A DNA stretch of 62,382 nt, filler included, from 5 parts of 5 records of this genome joined end to end with filler, not necessarily neighbours in it, one strand, 5' to 3'; shown: positions 1 through 9,436, counted from the first letter of the whole stretch. The notes: a model not told the origin generated them from the sequence alone. A program made the numbers and translations.

Positions 1-70
1 TGAATCGGCATTCAAGGATATCATTGAAGGGATGTATGCCTGACGACTGCCACCCTTGTCATTCAAGGTC

Positions 71-220
71 CTGGCGGGAAAAGTCACCACCGACATGCAG
101 CAGGTCAGCCAGGCGGCCGAAGAGATGAATACCGGAAGTCTCCAGGTCAAGGAGAGAGCTCAGGAATTATCGGGCCTGGCCGAAAACCTCAACGAATTGA
201 TGAGCAGATTTAAATCTCTA
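71..220 (+). pseudogene. Orphan C-terminal remnant of a methyl-accepting chemotaxis protein
   Basis: Translation KVTTDMQQVSQAAEEMNTGSLQVKERAQELSGLAENLNELMSRFK matches the typical MCP C-terminal helix. The frame is closed just upstream by TGA at 41-43, and no signalling domain is present. Confidence 0.6.
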
Positions 221-257
221 ATCCTTGGAAAGCCTTACACACCAAGGGTTAGTCCCT

Positions 258-1370
258 TTATCTTGAAATCGGGGGAACGATGCCGGTCCCCCCTTTTGAA
301 AGCCGGTTCCTAAGGCTTTTTATCACCATCAGCACAAGCAATAAAATGCCCACATATCCGTTGACGACATACACCAGGTTGACAAATTGAGAAAAAGGCA
401 ATTCCAGGGCCACAAAAAGGCCGATGACAGCCAGGGCCGGGGTCAGCAATTTGAACCGGGTGGTTTTGTCCTGGGTAAACCGGGAAGCGACAGACCATAA
501 AAGCGGCACGGCAGTGGTATAGATCCCTGCAACAATGATCAGGGAAAAAACGGTGGCCAGCTTTGGATGAATTTTCTGGGCTAAGATCAAAGAAGGAATC
601 TGGCTGCCGGCCACATCCTGGATGCAGGCCAGCAGGCCCAGGGCAACAATGATGACTGCGGTTGAAAAGCAGACAGCTCCGATTATGGCCCCGTATGCCG
701 CCTCTTTTTTACTATTGGCGGTGCGCCCTATGGAGGATAGGAATCCTGCCAGCCACAGCATGCAGAAGCCCACATAGGAGCAGGCGGCAAAAAACCAATT
801 GGAAGATGCCCGGGTCAGGTTCAGGGCCGGCAATATCTGATTGGACAGGGCAAGTTGGTCCATATTTTCGATGATTGAAATGACTCCCAGTGCAATGGAG
901 ATGATGACAATGGCCGGCCCGATCCTGCCGATTATTTTGACGATGCGGCCCAGGCCCGCCAACACGGTAATGGCGGCAAGCAGGGTCATGGCGGCGGCCC
1001 CTGCGATTACCGGCAGGCCAAAGTGCTGATGAAAGGTAGCGCCGGCACCGGCGATCATGACGATGAATGACAGATAAATAAAAAGGGTGGAAAAATAATC
1101 AAAAAAAGTTCCCAGGATAGGACCGCAATAGTAAATATAGATGTCTCCTTTTTTTTTGAATTTATTTTCCTGCCCCGCAGTGATGAAGCTTGCCCCCACA
1201 TACAGCAGCAGTACCAGGGTGACCAGTGCCCCGGCGATCCCCATATATCCGTAGGAAGTAAAATATTGCAGCACCTCCTGGCCTGTGGCAAATCCGGAGC
1301 CGATGAGAAAAGCGATAAATGCGCCGGCAAATGAAATGACGTTTTTTATATTGATTGTTTGAGACTTCAT
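258..1370 (-). CDS. YkvI-family membrane protein (putative amino-acid transporter)
   Basis: IGSGFATGQEVLQYF motif and about 10 hydrophobic helices. Confidence 0.8.
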   Translation of the reverse strand: MKSQTINIKNVISFAGAFIAFLIGSGFATGQEVLQYFTSYGYMGIAGALVTLVLLLYVGASFITAGQENKFKKKGDIYIYYCGPILGTFFDYFSTLFIYLSFIVMIAGAGATFHQHFGLPVIAGAAAMTLLAAITVLAGLGRIVKIIGRIGPAIVIISIALGVISIIENMDQLALSNQILPALNLTRASSNWFFAACSYVGFCMLWLAGFLSSIGRTANSKKEAAYGAIIGAVCFSTAVIIVALGLLACIQDVAGSQIPSLILAQKIHPKLATVFSLIIVAGIYTTAVPLLWSVASRFTQDKTTRFKLLTPALAVIGLFVALELPFSQFVNLVYVVNGYVGILLLVLMVIKSLRNRLSKGGTGIVPPISR

Positions 1371-1540
1371 AATGATCCTTTATTTGGGGTCTGATGGCCT
1401 GATACCGGCTCAGCACGAATTTTACGGTCTTTGAAAAAATAAGACGAATCGCGAGACAGGATTACAAGAATTTTAGCGTATTTCTAAAGGGGTATTGTAT
1501 TGCCAGGCGGCTCCGTTGCAGGGGGGATATGGGAAGTACG

Positions 1541-1577
1541 AAAAAGCTGAGACCCCGGGCGGGGTCCAGCTTTTTTT
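1541..1577. terminator. Intrinsic terminator-like hairpin downstream of the racemase gene
   Basis: AAAAAGCTG-A-GACCCCG-GG-CGGGGTC-CAGCTTTTTTT, with A/T tails on both sides. Confidence 0.65.
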
Positions 1578-1617
1578 ATATCTGGATTCGGTTATGGGTC
1601 TTGCTGCTGTCATTGGG

Positions 1618-2400
1618 CTATACGTGGCCGTAATAATCTCTGTGAACAACCACTGAATAGGCATAATCCAACAGGGTGCCCCAGCTGTATACCGGCAGAT
1701 CTACCGCTCTTTGGATGGCCCTTGCAAACGGGGTCATGCTGGTGCATTCAAGGAGCAAGGCCCCCATGCCCGGATTTTTAGCCACAAAGTCCGTTGCAAT
1801 GGCCAGCAGTTCTTTTTCATTTTCATCGTAGTATCCATGGGCCGGACCCAGATCATGGTTCCAGAGATTTTCAAACTGGGGGCAACTGTACTCGTCCCTG
1901 GCACCGGCAATGATAAAGTTGCTGTTCAAATCAATATCTGCCGCCTTAAGATGGTCTGCGGATAAATGATTTTTTTCGGCACAGATGATACCGATGGATT
2001 TTTTGTCCCCAATGGTCTGCCGGATCCAGCTGAACTGAATGAGACTTGACATAAAGGCGGGGATGTCCACATGGTTGGCCACATCTTTCTGAAAATACCC
2101 AAAATAGCCGCACTCGGCCACAAGGGCCCGGCATCCGAATTTTTCCAACTCTGCTGCGGCATCCAGAATGGGCTGGCAACAGGGGGTCTTGTCCTTGCCC
2201 CGTATGAGCATTTCGCAGTCAATGCCCTTTACCACCCCCAATTGCATGGGATAGGGATAGGCGCTGGGATTTCTCAAGTCTCCGGGAAAGGCCGGATAGA
2301 CTTCATCCAGAATAAGGGTGCCAAGCCCCATGCCGTAACCCAGTTTGCCTTGTCTGGCTTTGATGTGACGGATTCCCGGATCTCTGCTGAAATTATACAT
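1618..2400 (-). CDS. Aspartate/glutamate/hydantoin racemase family protein
   Basis: Two catalytic-type Cys motifs (AECGYF, LECTSM) and N-terminal YPAFPGDLRNP. RBS AAGGAG precedes the ATG at 2400. Confidence 0.75.
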   Translation of the reverse strand: MYNFSRDPGIRHIKARQGKLGYGMGLGTLILDEVYPAFPGDLRNPSAYPYPMQLGVVKGIDCEMLIRGKDKTPCCQPILDAAAELEKFGCRALVAECGYFGYFQKDVANHVDIPAFMSSLIQFSWIRQTIGDKKSIGIICAEKNHLSADHLKAADIDLNSNFIIAGARDEYSCPQFENLWNHDLGPAHGYYDENEKELLAIATDFVAKNPGMGALLLECTSMTPFARAIQRAVDLPVYSWGTLLDYAYSVVVHRDYYGHV

Positions 2401-2416
2401 GATCACTCCTTTTCAA

Positions 2417-3874
2417 TTATTCGGGTAATAGATTCAAATAATCTTCCAAATTAAATCCCCGACGGTTGAGAATATCGGACATGGCCCTGTCAAGATCGTT
2501 ATCCTGTGAGGGGGACAGTCTGTTCAGGCTGGATTTGGCCAAAAGCGCATGAACATATTCTGTTGCATGTCCCTGGCAGGAGACCTCTCCTTTGCTTTCC
2601 CAGGCCCCCCTGGCCTTCCGGTCAAAAATGTCGGCAAAATTATATTCTTTTTTAAACCAGTCAAAGGTGAACTTGTTGCTTAAAAAATCTCCTTCAGGCC
2701 CAACGCTTTTTATGACGTCAAACGCCAGAGTTTCCTGATTGATATTGATACCGGATTTAAATTTTTTCACGGATTTGAATATTTCATGGTCCAACACTAT
2801 TTTTTCCAGGCTGTTGCAGTCCATGCCTGCCATGATCCCAAGTCCGTATGCCACATGGGTACCGCTCTGGGCCAGGATCATCTGGCCGATGGCCGAGTCC
2901 GCCCCGGCCTGACAGTCATTTCGTTTACTGTCGCTGTAGCCGAAAATGGCGGCTGTTCCGGCCGGCAGATTGTAAAAATTTGCCATCTGCATGGTGACCG
3001 CGTTCATCATCTGGGCCTCCATGCTGCCCAGGACATTGGAGATATCCCTCATGTCGGCATGGGATGCCCCCCCGCCGTAAACCGTGGGAAGCCCCGGTTC
3101 GACCAGCTGCATGAGAACCAGTCCGCTGAGCAGTTCCACGGTCTGCATGGCAATGGCGCCGGCCATGGTGATGGGGGCGGATACGCCGGCAAAGGGCATT
3201 GCCAACATCAGAGCAGGCATTTTCCGTTTGGCACTTTCCAGAAGATACCCGGAACCTTCCGGGGTCCAGCATAGGGGAGACATGGGACAGGGCTGAACAA
3301 TGGCAAAGGGCTTTTTAACATAATCATCCCCCCGTACCGCCTTGAGCAATTCACAATTGTCCGCCAGGTCAACAAGGTCGATCCCGTCTGCACAGGAGGG
3401 TTTGGCACCGTACTTCAACCTAAGATAAAACCGCCATATTGCGGAAAATTGCTGGGGCACATCCGTTACAAAAGACCCGGGGGCTGTCCAGGACACCTCT
3501 GACAGGTTGTCTGTCAATGTGTACATATTGATCAGATCAGCAGTCTTGGGCGGTCTGATGGTTTTCCCGTCACTGTCCAGAATGTTGATCACCGATCCCC
3601 CGGCGCCCAATTTTAATTCATCGTCTCCCCAGACATATTCTTTTTCCATATCCCTGTCGTACATGCTGAATTCTGCAGGGGCCTGATTCAAGGCGTAGGA
3701 GATCAGATCTTCCGGAATTTTAACCAGTTCCGATTCAAAATCAACCAGGGCACCGGCCTTGTCAAATATTTCAAGGGCCTCTTGGTTATGAAATTTTATA
3801 CCGACTTCGATTAACAATTTCAGAGCAGTTTGATGAATCTGCTCCAGTTGATTGGCAGAAAGTAAATGCGTCAT
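2417..3874 (-). CDS. Trimethylamine methyltransferase (MttB) superfamily corrinoid methyltransferase, non-pyrrolysine type
   Basis: LSANQLEQIHQTALKLLIEVGI start, PCPMSPL, GVSAPITMAG, SDSKRNDCQAG, SLEKIVLDHE and VGPEGDFL motifs. No in-frame TAG. Confidence 0.9.
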   Translation of the reverse strand: MTHLLSANQLEQIHQTALKLLIEVGIKFHNQEALEIFDKAGALVDFESELVKIPEDLISYALNQAPAEFSMYDRDMEKEYVWGDDELKLGAGGSVINILDSDGKTIRPPKTADLINMYTLTDNLSEVSWTAPGSFVTDVPQQFSAIWRFYLRLKYGAKPSCADGIDLVDLADNCELLKAVRGDDYVKKPFAIVQPCPMSPLCWTPEGSGYLLESAKRKMPALMLAMPFAGVSAPITMAGAIAMQTVELLSGLVLMQLVEPGLPTVYGGGASHADMRDISNVLGSMEAQMMNAVTMQMANFYNLPAGTAAIFGYSDSKRNDCQAGADSAIGQMILAQSGTHVAYGLGIMAGMDCNSLEKIVLDHEIFKSVKKFKSGININQETLAFDVIKSVGPEGDFLSNKFTFDWFKKEYNFADIFDRKARGAWESKGEVSCQGHATEYVHALLAKSSLNRLSPSQDNDLDRAMSDILNRRGFNLEDYLNLLPE

Positions 3875-3975
3875 AGTTTACCTCGATCTGGCAGATCCCG
3901 GGCCAGGGGTTGAATTAATGGGATATGAACAGGACGTCAAGGGAATCCCCGTTGGCCGGGGATCCCCACGTTTTT

Positions 3976-4362
3976 TTAATTTGGAATAAGAACAACGGCC
4001 TCAATTTCAACCAGGGCGCCTTTGGGCAGTTTTGACACCTCAACACAGGATCGTGCCGGGCACTCGGTCTTAAAATATTGAGCATAGACCTCGTTTACCT
4101 GGGCGAAACTGTCCATATCCGTGATGAAAATATTAACTTTGACGACATTTTCCATATCAGATCCCAATTCATTGACAATGGTCCGTACATTGTCCAATGC
4201 ATATTTTGCCTGCTCGGCATGGGTCTTTCCTGCGATGTCTCCTGTTGTCACATCAATGGGCAGCTGACCCGATGTAAATGCCAGATTGCCTGCGGTCACA
4301 GCGATTGAATAGGGTCCGACTGCCTCAGGGGCACCTTCGATTTTGGTATATACCTGTTTCAT
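3976..4362 (-). CDS. ridA: RidA-family enamine/imine deaminase
   Basis: APEAVGPYS, SGQLP, VVKVNIF, PARSCVEVSKLPKGALVEIEAV, including the catalytic Arg. Confidence 0.9.
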   Translation of the reverse strand: MKQVYTKIEGAPEAVGPYSIAVTAGNLAFTSGQLPIDVTTGDIAGKTHAEQAKYALDNVRTIVNELGSDMENVVKVNIFITDMDSFAQVNEVYAQYFKTECPARSCVEVSKLPKGALVEIEAVVLIPN

Positions 4363-4386
4363 GAATCTTCCTGCTTTTTAATTGGG

Positions 4387-5640
4387 TTATAACGATACGC
4401 CGTAACTGTTTTTCAACGATTTTGTCAATTCATCCAGTTTGGGCTGTATATAAGGCACTTCCGGCAGATACTTTGCCGTGCTGACAGTGTCTTTTACTCC
4501 TGTAGAGGTCAGCAGCATGACCACATTTTCACCTTCTTTGATCTTTTTTTGTTCAATCAATTGCCGGACCCCGGCCAGACAGGAGGCTGAAGCGGGTTCG
4601 CAGTACAAGCCTTCGTTTTTGGCAATTTCTTTCTGGGCCTGCATTATGGGCTCATCCGTGTCGATCAATACGGTCTTTCCCTGGGATGCCCTGATGGCCT
4701 TCATGGCCTGATAGGCGCCCTTGGAAATGGACATGGAAGCGGCACAGCTTTCCCGGGCCGGAACTTCGGGAATATAGTCCAGGTCTTTGGATATGGCATT
4801 GTGCAGCGGACCATAATTTTCCACTGACACCATCTGGGGAATTTTTTCTATCAATCCCAGTTGTTTCAAGTCTTCAAACCCCTTGTAGATACCGAAAAGA
4901 CCGTCTCCGATGGAGATGGGCACAACAAATTTGTCGGGCAGGGTTTCCATCTGCTCAAAAATTTCATAGGCAATGGTCTTATAGCCTTCGTTGCCCCAGG
5001 CATTGCTGCCCACCAAAGGGTCGACAAAATTGGTTCCCGGGTACCAGCCGAATTCATTGACGCATTTTTCCATGAGCACCCAGCGGTCTTCGTAAGTTTC
5101 CAGAGCCACCACCGCAGCCCCGTACACCTGCATAAAAGCCTTGAATGAGGCCGAGGCTTTTTTCACCGTCAGAATCAGACAGGGCATGCCGGCTTTGGCC
5201 GCATAGGCAGCACCGGAAGCTCCGTTGTTTCCGGTGGTGGCAAAAACCGTTCCCGGGGCCCCCATCTCTCTGGCTTTGTTGATCAGTACCGCATTGAGCC
5301 GGTCCTTCTGGCTCCAGGTGGGGTTCCGGGACTCATCTTTTGCATAAAGATTGATCCCCAGGTCCTGGGATAGTTTATCAAATTTCACCGTGGGGGTGTT
5401 GCCCTCGGACAATGAGATAAACTCTTTTTTGTCCTTGAGGGGCAGCAATTCCTTATACCTGAAAATGCTTTTTTCCGGATTATTTTTCAGGCTGGCAAAA
5501 TAATCTTCGTTCGTATAGTCGTATATGGGGGATACGTTGGAGACAAATCTGTCTGTCTTGCACTGGGGACAGCCTTCGAACATTTTTTCGCTTTCAAAGA
5601 CCGCCCCGCATTTCAAGCATTCCACTTTACCTGTATACAT
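4387..5640 (-). CDS. Threonine-synthase-like fold-type II PLP enzyme with N-terminal zinc ribbon
   Basis: CLKC..CPQC, LSEGNTP, NPTWSQKDR (PLP Lys), TTGNNGAS, EGYKTIAYEI, EGLYCEPASA. Confidence 0.8.
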   Translation of the reverse strand: MYTGKVECLKCGAVFESEKMFEGCPQCKTDRFVSNVSPIYDYTNEDYFASLKNNPEKSIFRYKELLPLKDKKEFISLSEGNTPTVKFDKLSQDLGINLYAKDESRNPTWSQKDRLNAVLINKAREMGAPGTVFATTGNNGASGAAYAAKAGMPCLILTVKKASASFKAFMQVYGAAVVALETYEDRWVLMEKCVNEFGWYPGTNFVDPLVGSNAWGNEGYKTIAYEIFEQMETLPDKFVVPISIGDGLFGIYKGFEDLKQLGLIEKIPQMVSVENYGPLHNAISKDLDYIPEVPARESCAASMSISKGAYQAMKAIRASQGKTVLIDTDEPIMQAQKEIAKNEGLYCEPASASCLAGVRQLIEQKKIKEGENVVMLLTSTGVKDTVSTAKYLPEVPYIQPKLDELTKSLKNSYGVSL

Positions 5641-5673
5641 TATTTGATACCCTTGTTGTTAAATTGTCTTTGC

Positions 5674-6861
5674 TTAAATTATCGTAATCTGTGCCGGGCG
5701 TTCGGAAAACACCTGTGTCCCCTCGCTCGTCACGCGGACGACTTCCTCTACCTGGAGTCCGCCAAACCCGAATTCGTAATAAGGCGTTTCAATACAAAAA
5801 ACCATATTCTCCTCCAGGGGCGTATGGGCAGTCGGGGTTACCAGGGGCGGATCATAGACTTCAATACCAATGCCGTGGCCCACATGGTGGCGCTGGTAAT
5901 GGGGAATACCGTTTTCCCTTACCGCCTTCATGGTGGTTTCATAAACCTGGGATGCCAGGACCCCGGGCTTCATGATGTTGATTCCGGCTTCGGTGCCTTT
6001 ACGGATGGCGGCAAAATAATCCAGGTGTTTCTGGGTGGGCTCGCCCAGGATACCGATTCTGGCCGTGTCAGAATGATAATGACGATAGGTGCAGCCGACA
6101 TCAAACCTTACAAGGCCGCCTTTTTTAATTTTCCTGTCCGTAACCTGGGCATTGGCGGAACCGGAGTGTTCATTAACCCCTACCACGTTCAGGGTCGGTA
6201 TACCTCCGTTCATGACGATTTCCCGGGAAAAAATGGCGAACATCTCTTTTTCGGTCATCCCTTCTTTGACCTCACTCATGGCCGTTTTGATGGCCGACTC
6301 GGTCAGGGCAATGGATTGTTCCAGCCGTTCAAGTTCTTCCCGAGTCTTTACCATCCGGGTTTTTTGCAGCACCTCATAGGCCGGCTCGAATGTTGTATTC
6401 AACTCGGCTTCCAGTTGTCTGACCAGCACAAAAGGAACATTTCGTTCGTCCAGCCCGATTTTCTGATTTTCGCACCCCAGGGATTTCAGGGCATCCACCA
6501 AGGCCTGCAGGGGATCTGAAAATCCACTGGCAATGCTTTTCAGCCGCTTGTATTCGTCTTCCTGGACGGTGAGACCGGTATTGCCGACATCTTCCATGAT
6601 GCAGGTGCCGTAGCTTCTAAACGAAGATATCCAGGAAGGGTTGTCGGACAATATATCGATATCAGACTCGGGTATGACCAGGACGGGCTCTTTTTTCTGG
6701 TCCCGGGGATATACCACATAGGCCTGGGTGCCTTTGAGCTGCCAATGGCCCAGACTCCAGAATTCGGACAGGTAGACCACGTTTTCCGGTGACGATGCAA
6801 TGATAACGTCAAGGCCTTTTTCGTCCATCAGTTTTAATAATCTGCTTTTATTAAACAACAT
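5674..6861 (-). CDS. M24-family metallohydrolase (Xaa-Pro peptidase/creatinase fold)
   Basis: Creatinase-N-like N-terminus, RMVKTREE, and intact metal ligands in RFDVG, HSDTAR, HHVGHGIG, CIETP, VEE. RBS AGAGGA precedes the ATG at 6861. Confidence 0.85.
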   Translation of the reverse strand: MLFNKSRLLKLMDEKGLDVIIASSPENVVYLSEFWSLGHWQLKGTQAYVVYPRDQKKEPVLVIPESDIDILSDNPSWISSFRSYGTCIMEDVGNTGLTVQEDEYKRLKSIASGFSDPLQALVDALKSLGCENQKIGLDERNVPFVLVRQLEAELNTTFEPAYEVLQKTRMVKTREELERLEQSIALTESAIKTAMSEVKEGMTEKEMFAIFSREIVMNGGIPTLNVVGVNEHSGSANAQVTDRKIKKGGLVRFDVGCTYRHYHSDTARIGILGEPTQKHLDYFAAIRKGTEAGINIMKPGVLASQVYETTMKAVRENGIPHYQRHHVGHGIGIEVYDPPLVTPTAHTPLEENMVFCIETPYYEFGFGGLQVEEVVRVTSEGTQVFSERPAQITII

Positions 6862-6923
6862 TTTATGTATCCTCTTTGTAAATTTACGGTTGTTTTCCAA
6901 TAATGCCTTTTGGCTTTCGGGTT

Positions 6924-6952
6924 ATCCCCGGGACGAAAATCGTCCCGGGGAT
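6924..6952. repeat. Perfect 13-bp intercistronic hairpin between BCCT and M24 genes
   Basis: ATCCCCGGGACGA-AAA-TCGTCCCGGGGAT with no U-tract. Confidence 0.7.
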
Positions 6953-6956
6953 CGTC

Positions 6957-8537
6957 TTAGTTGGCTATTTCGTTATTTTGTTTCAGGTAATCAATGGTTA
7001 AAAAGTCACGTTTTTCCATTGGAAAATCCTTGTTAAGCATTTTTACCAATGCCATGCAAAGGATGAGGGAGACCAGCATCAATGGGACTGAAAAGACCAG
7101 AGAAGAGACCTGGATGGCGCTCAAGCCCCCGATGGCAGCCAAAGTGCCGGTCACGGCCAGCAGGATCACCGCCCACAGCAGCTTGTTGGCCGTGGTGGGT
7201 TCTTCGTCACCCTTCAACTGAACCGTTGCGATGGATGCACAGGTAAAGGCGGTGGAATCCAGAGAGGTGGCCACAAAGGTAAACAACAGCAATGTGTGTA
7301 AAAAGACCATGATCCCGCCCATGGGCATGGATTGGATAATCTGGAGTACCGTAGCATTTGTTCCCAGTTCGGAAAGGGTCTTGGCCACATCCAGACCGCC
7401 GTTAAGCTGCATGTCTATGACATAGGCGCCGAATACCGTCTGGATAATGTATACGCAGGCGCTGATGGCCAGGGTCGAACCGAAAACCACCTCACGCACC
7501 GTCCGCCCCTTGGAGATTCTGCCGATGAAAAGGCCTACAGCCGTTGCAAATCCAAGATACCAGGCCCAGTAGAAAACAGTCCAGCTCTCAACAAACCCTG
7601 TGCTTTCAATGGGATCCATGAAGGTGCTAAGCCTAATGATGTTCTGAAGCATCTGGCCACCGGAATTGACGAACATTTTGAGCATAAAAATTGTGGGCCC
7701 CATGAGGGCTACCAGGGCGATGAATATCGAGGCCAGAATGATATTGAAATTACTCAATACCTTGATGCCTTTTTCCAGTCCTCTGTATACACTGATGCCG
7801 AAGACAAGGGTCCAGGTGATCAGAAGACCGGCCATGATTGCCGGGGAGGGTTCCACACCGATCATACTGCAAAAACCTTCCTGAACCACGGGAACTGCCA
7901 TTCCGAATGAGGTGGACATGCCGCCGATGACCCCGAACAAAACCATGATATCAATGGCTTTGCCGATCCAGCCGCTGACGATCCGTTCGCCGAGAATGGG
8001 TTCGCATGCACTGCTGACCTTGAAAAAGGGTTTTTTTCTTACATGGAGGATATAGGCAATGCCCACTGAAAACGGAACATAGCAGGAATAAGCCACCGGG
8101 CTCCAGTGGAACATGGTCTGGGTCAGGGCCCATTCGTAGGCAGCCGAAGAAAAAGCCTCAATGCCGTAGGGAGGGTTTTTATAGTAAAAGACCGGCTCCA
8201 CAAACCCCCATACCATAATACTTGCGGCCATGGTGGTCATAAATATCATGGCAAACCAGCTGAAAACAGAGAATTGTGCTTTTTCATCCGGGGCACACAG
8301 CTTGACCTTGTTGAACCTGCCGAAGGCCAGCCAAAGTGAGAAAAAAGATGTTCCGATGATACACAGCAGGTAGGCCCAGCCCAATTTGTACTCACACCAT
8401 GTAAGAATGGATTTAATTACCTTGGTGCTTTGTTCAACATCAATCATCAAATATAAACAAATGGCTGCCAGCACCAGCAGTGCCGGCCACATAATTACAT
8501 GATCAATAGAACTAAACGGTCGGTTGTCGTTACGCAT
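6957..8537 (-). CDS. BCCT-family (betaine/carnitine/choline) transporter
   Basis: About 12 TM helices, FSVFSWFAMIF, TMFHW, GLEKGIKVLSNFN, WTVFYWAW...FIGRISKGRTVRE. Confidence 0.92.
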   Translation of the reverse strand: MRNDNRPFSSIDHVIMWPALLVLAAICLYLMIDVEQSTKVIKSILTWCEYKLGWAYLLCIIGTSFFSLWLAFGRFNKVKLCAPDEKAQFSVFSWFAMIFMTTMAASIMVWGFVEPVFYYKNPPYGIEAFSSAAYEWALTQTMFHWSPVAYSCYVPFSVGIAYILHVRKKPFFKVSSACEPILGERIVSGWIGKAIDIMVLFGVIGGMSTSFGMAVPVVQEGFCSMIGVEPSPAIMAGLLITWTLVFGISVYRGLEKGIKVLSNFNIILASIFIALVALMGPTIFMLKMFVNSGGQMLQNIIRLSTFMDPIESTGFVESWTVFYWAWYLGFATAVGLFIGRISKGRTVREVVFGSTLAISACVYIIQTVFGAYVIDMQLNGGLDVAKTLSELGTNATVLQIIQSMPMGGIMVFLHTLLLFTFVATSLDSTAFTCASIATVQLKGDEEPTTANKLLWAVILLAVTGTLAAIGGLSAIQVSSLVFSVPLMLVSLILCMALVKMLNKDFPMEKRDFLTIDYLKQNNEIAN

Positions 8538-8660
8538 TTCACCTCTCCTTCTTGGGATTAAAAAAATTACGATACGCTTTCGTTATTACAGTGATTTGTC
8601 TAGATGGGATTCGTCACCGGGGCTTCGCCCTTAAAAACCGGATTGTCTAAACAACACTAT

Positions 8661-9326
8661 CTATTTTTCATTTGGCTTTTTTCCGGATGCGCTTTCTCTG
8701 ATTTCTTTCAAGTACGAGTATACGGTAAATTTTGAGATCCCCATTCCGTTTCCGACAATTTCGACAGCCCCCTTGATCAGAAACGCCCCCTGTTCTTCCA
8801 GAAGGCCGATCAGATCGATTCTTTCCGTCCGGGTCATGGCCTTGGGGGCCTTGCCAATGGCTTTAATAGCCTTTTCCAGAAAGGATTCAACGGTTTCGTT
8901 CTTGGAGGATGCAAAGGTCTCCTGGCTGTCATTGCCTGCGGGTTCGGGAATGGCGGTCAGTTCTTCTATAAACGAAGAAAATCCAATGGCATCGGTGATA
9001 TCAAAATTCACACAGAATGCCCCGATAATGGAGCCTTCAGGGTTCCGGATAAACGTGGTCGAAGACTTGAGGGTTTTACCGTCTTTGGAGGTGTTCCGAT
9101 AAAAGGGCATATCCTGGGCAGCGTCTCCGTTCCGGCGCAATACACTCAAAACCATATCCGTTAAAGGAGCACCGATTTCACGGTTGGTCACATTGCCGGA
9201 AACATGAATGACCGACTGGGAGACATCAGCGAAATCATGAATCACAACCTCGCATCTTGAACCAAAGGCTTTAACTATGGTTTGACTCACCCGGATAAAG
9301 TTTTGCCAAATATGCGAATTGTCCAT
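8661..9326 (-). CDS. YheO/DauR-like PAS domain plus HTH transcriptional regulator
   Basis: CEVVIHD, GNVTNREIGAPLTD, DGKTLKSST, GAFLIKGAVE..MGISKFTVYSYL. Confidence 0.88.
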   Translation of the reverse strand: MDNSHIWQNFIRVSQTIVKAFGSRCEVVIHDFADVSQSVIHVSGNVTNREIGAPLTDMVLSVLRRNGDAAQDMPFYRNTSKDGKTLKSSTTFIRNPEGSIIGAFCVNFDITDAIGFSSFIEELTAIPEPAGNDSQETFASSKNETVESFLEKAIKAIGKAPKAMTRTERIDLIGLLEEQGAFLIKGAVEIVGNGMGISKFTVYSYLKEIRESASGKKPNEK

Positions 9327-9379
9327 GATCAGCCTCCCGGTTGTTAGGGTAATAATAAATCTGTTTTTTATTGTCGGTG

Positions 9380-9436
9380 ATAATACGCAACCCGCCCCGG
9401 CCTGTCAACAAAAAATTGTATGTCTTACAATTTTTT
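9380..9436 (-). promoter_or_regulatory. Sigma70 promoter with an adjacent palindromic operator upstream of the PAS-HTH gene
   Basis: Minus strand TTGACA (9408-9403), 17-nt spacer, TATTAT (9385-9380). Inverted repeat AAAAAATTGTA-N5-TACAATTTTTT at 9410-9436. Confidence 0.65.

Noticed and set aside
2417-3874. Possible pyrrolysine (TAG) read-through in the MttB gene
   Set aside because: The ORF is full length with no in-frame TAG, and the Pyl-equivalent codon is TAC.
1618-6861. Ectoine/hydroxyectoine utilisation (eutABCDE) or DMSP lyase DddP call
   Set aside because: There is no EutC or EutE, the PLP enzyme is ThrC-like rather than a threonine dehydratase, and the M24 shows only generic family motifs. 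This is not enough for either name.
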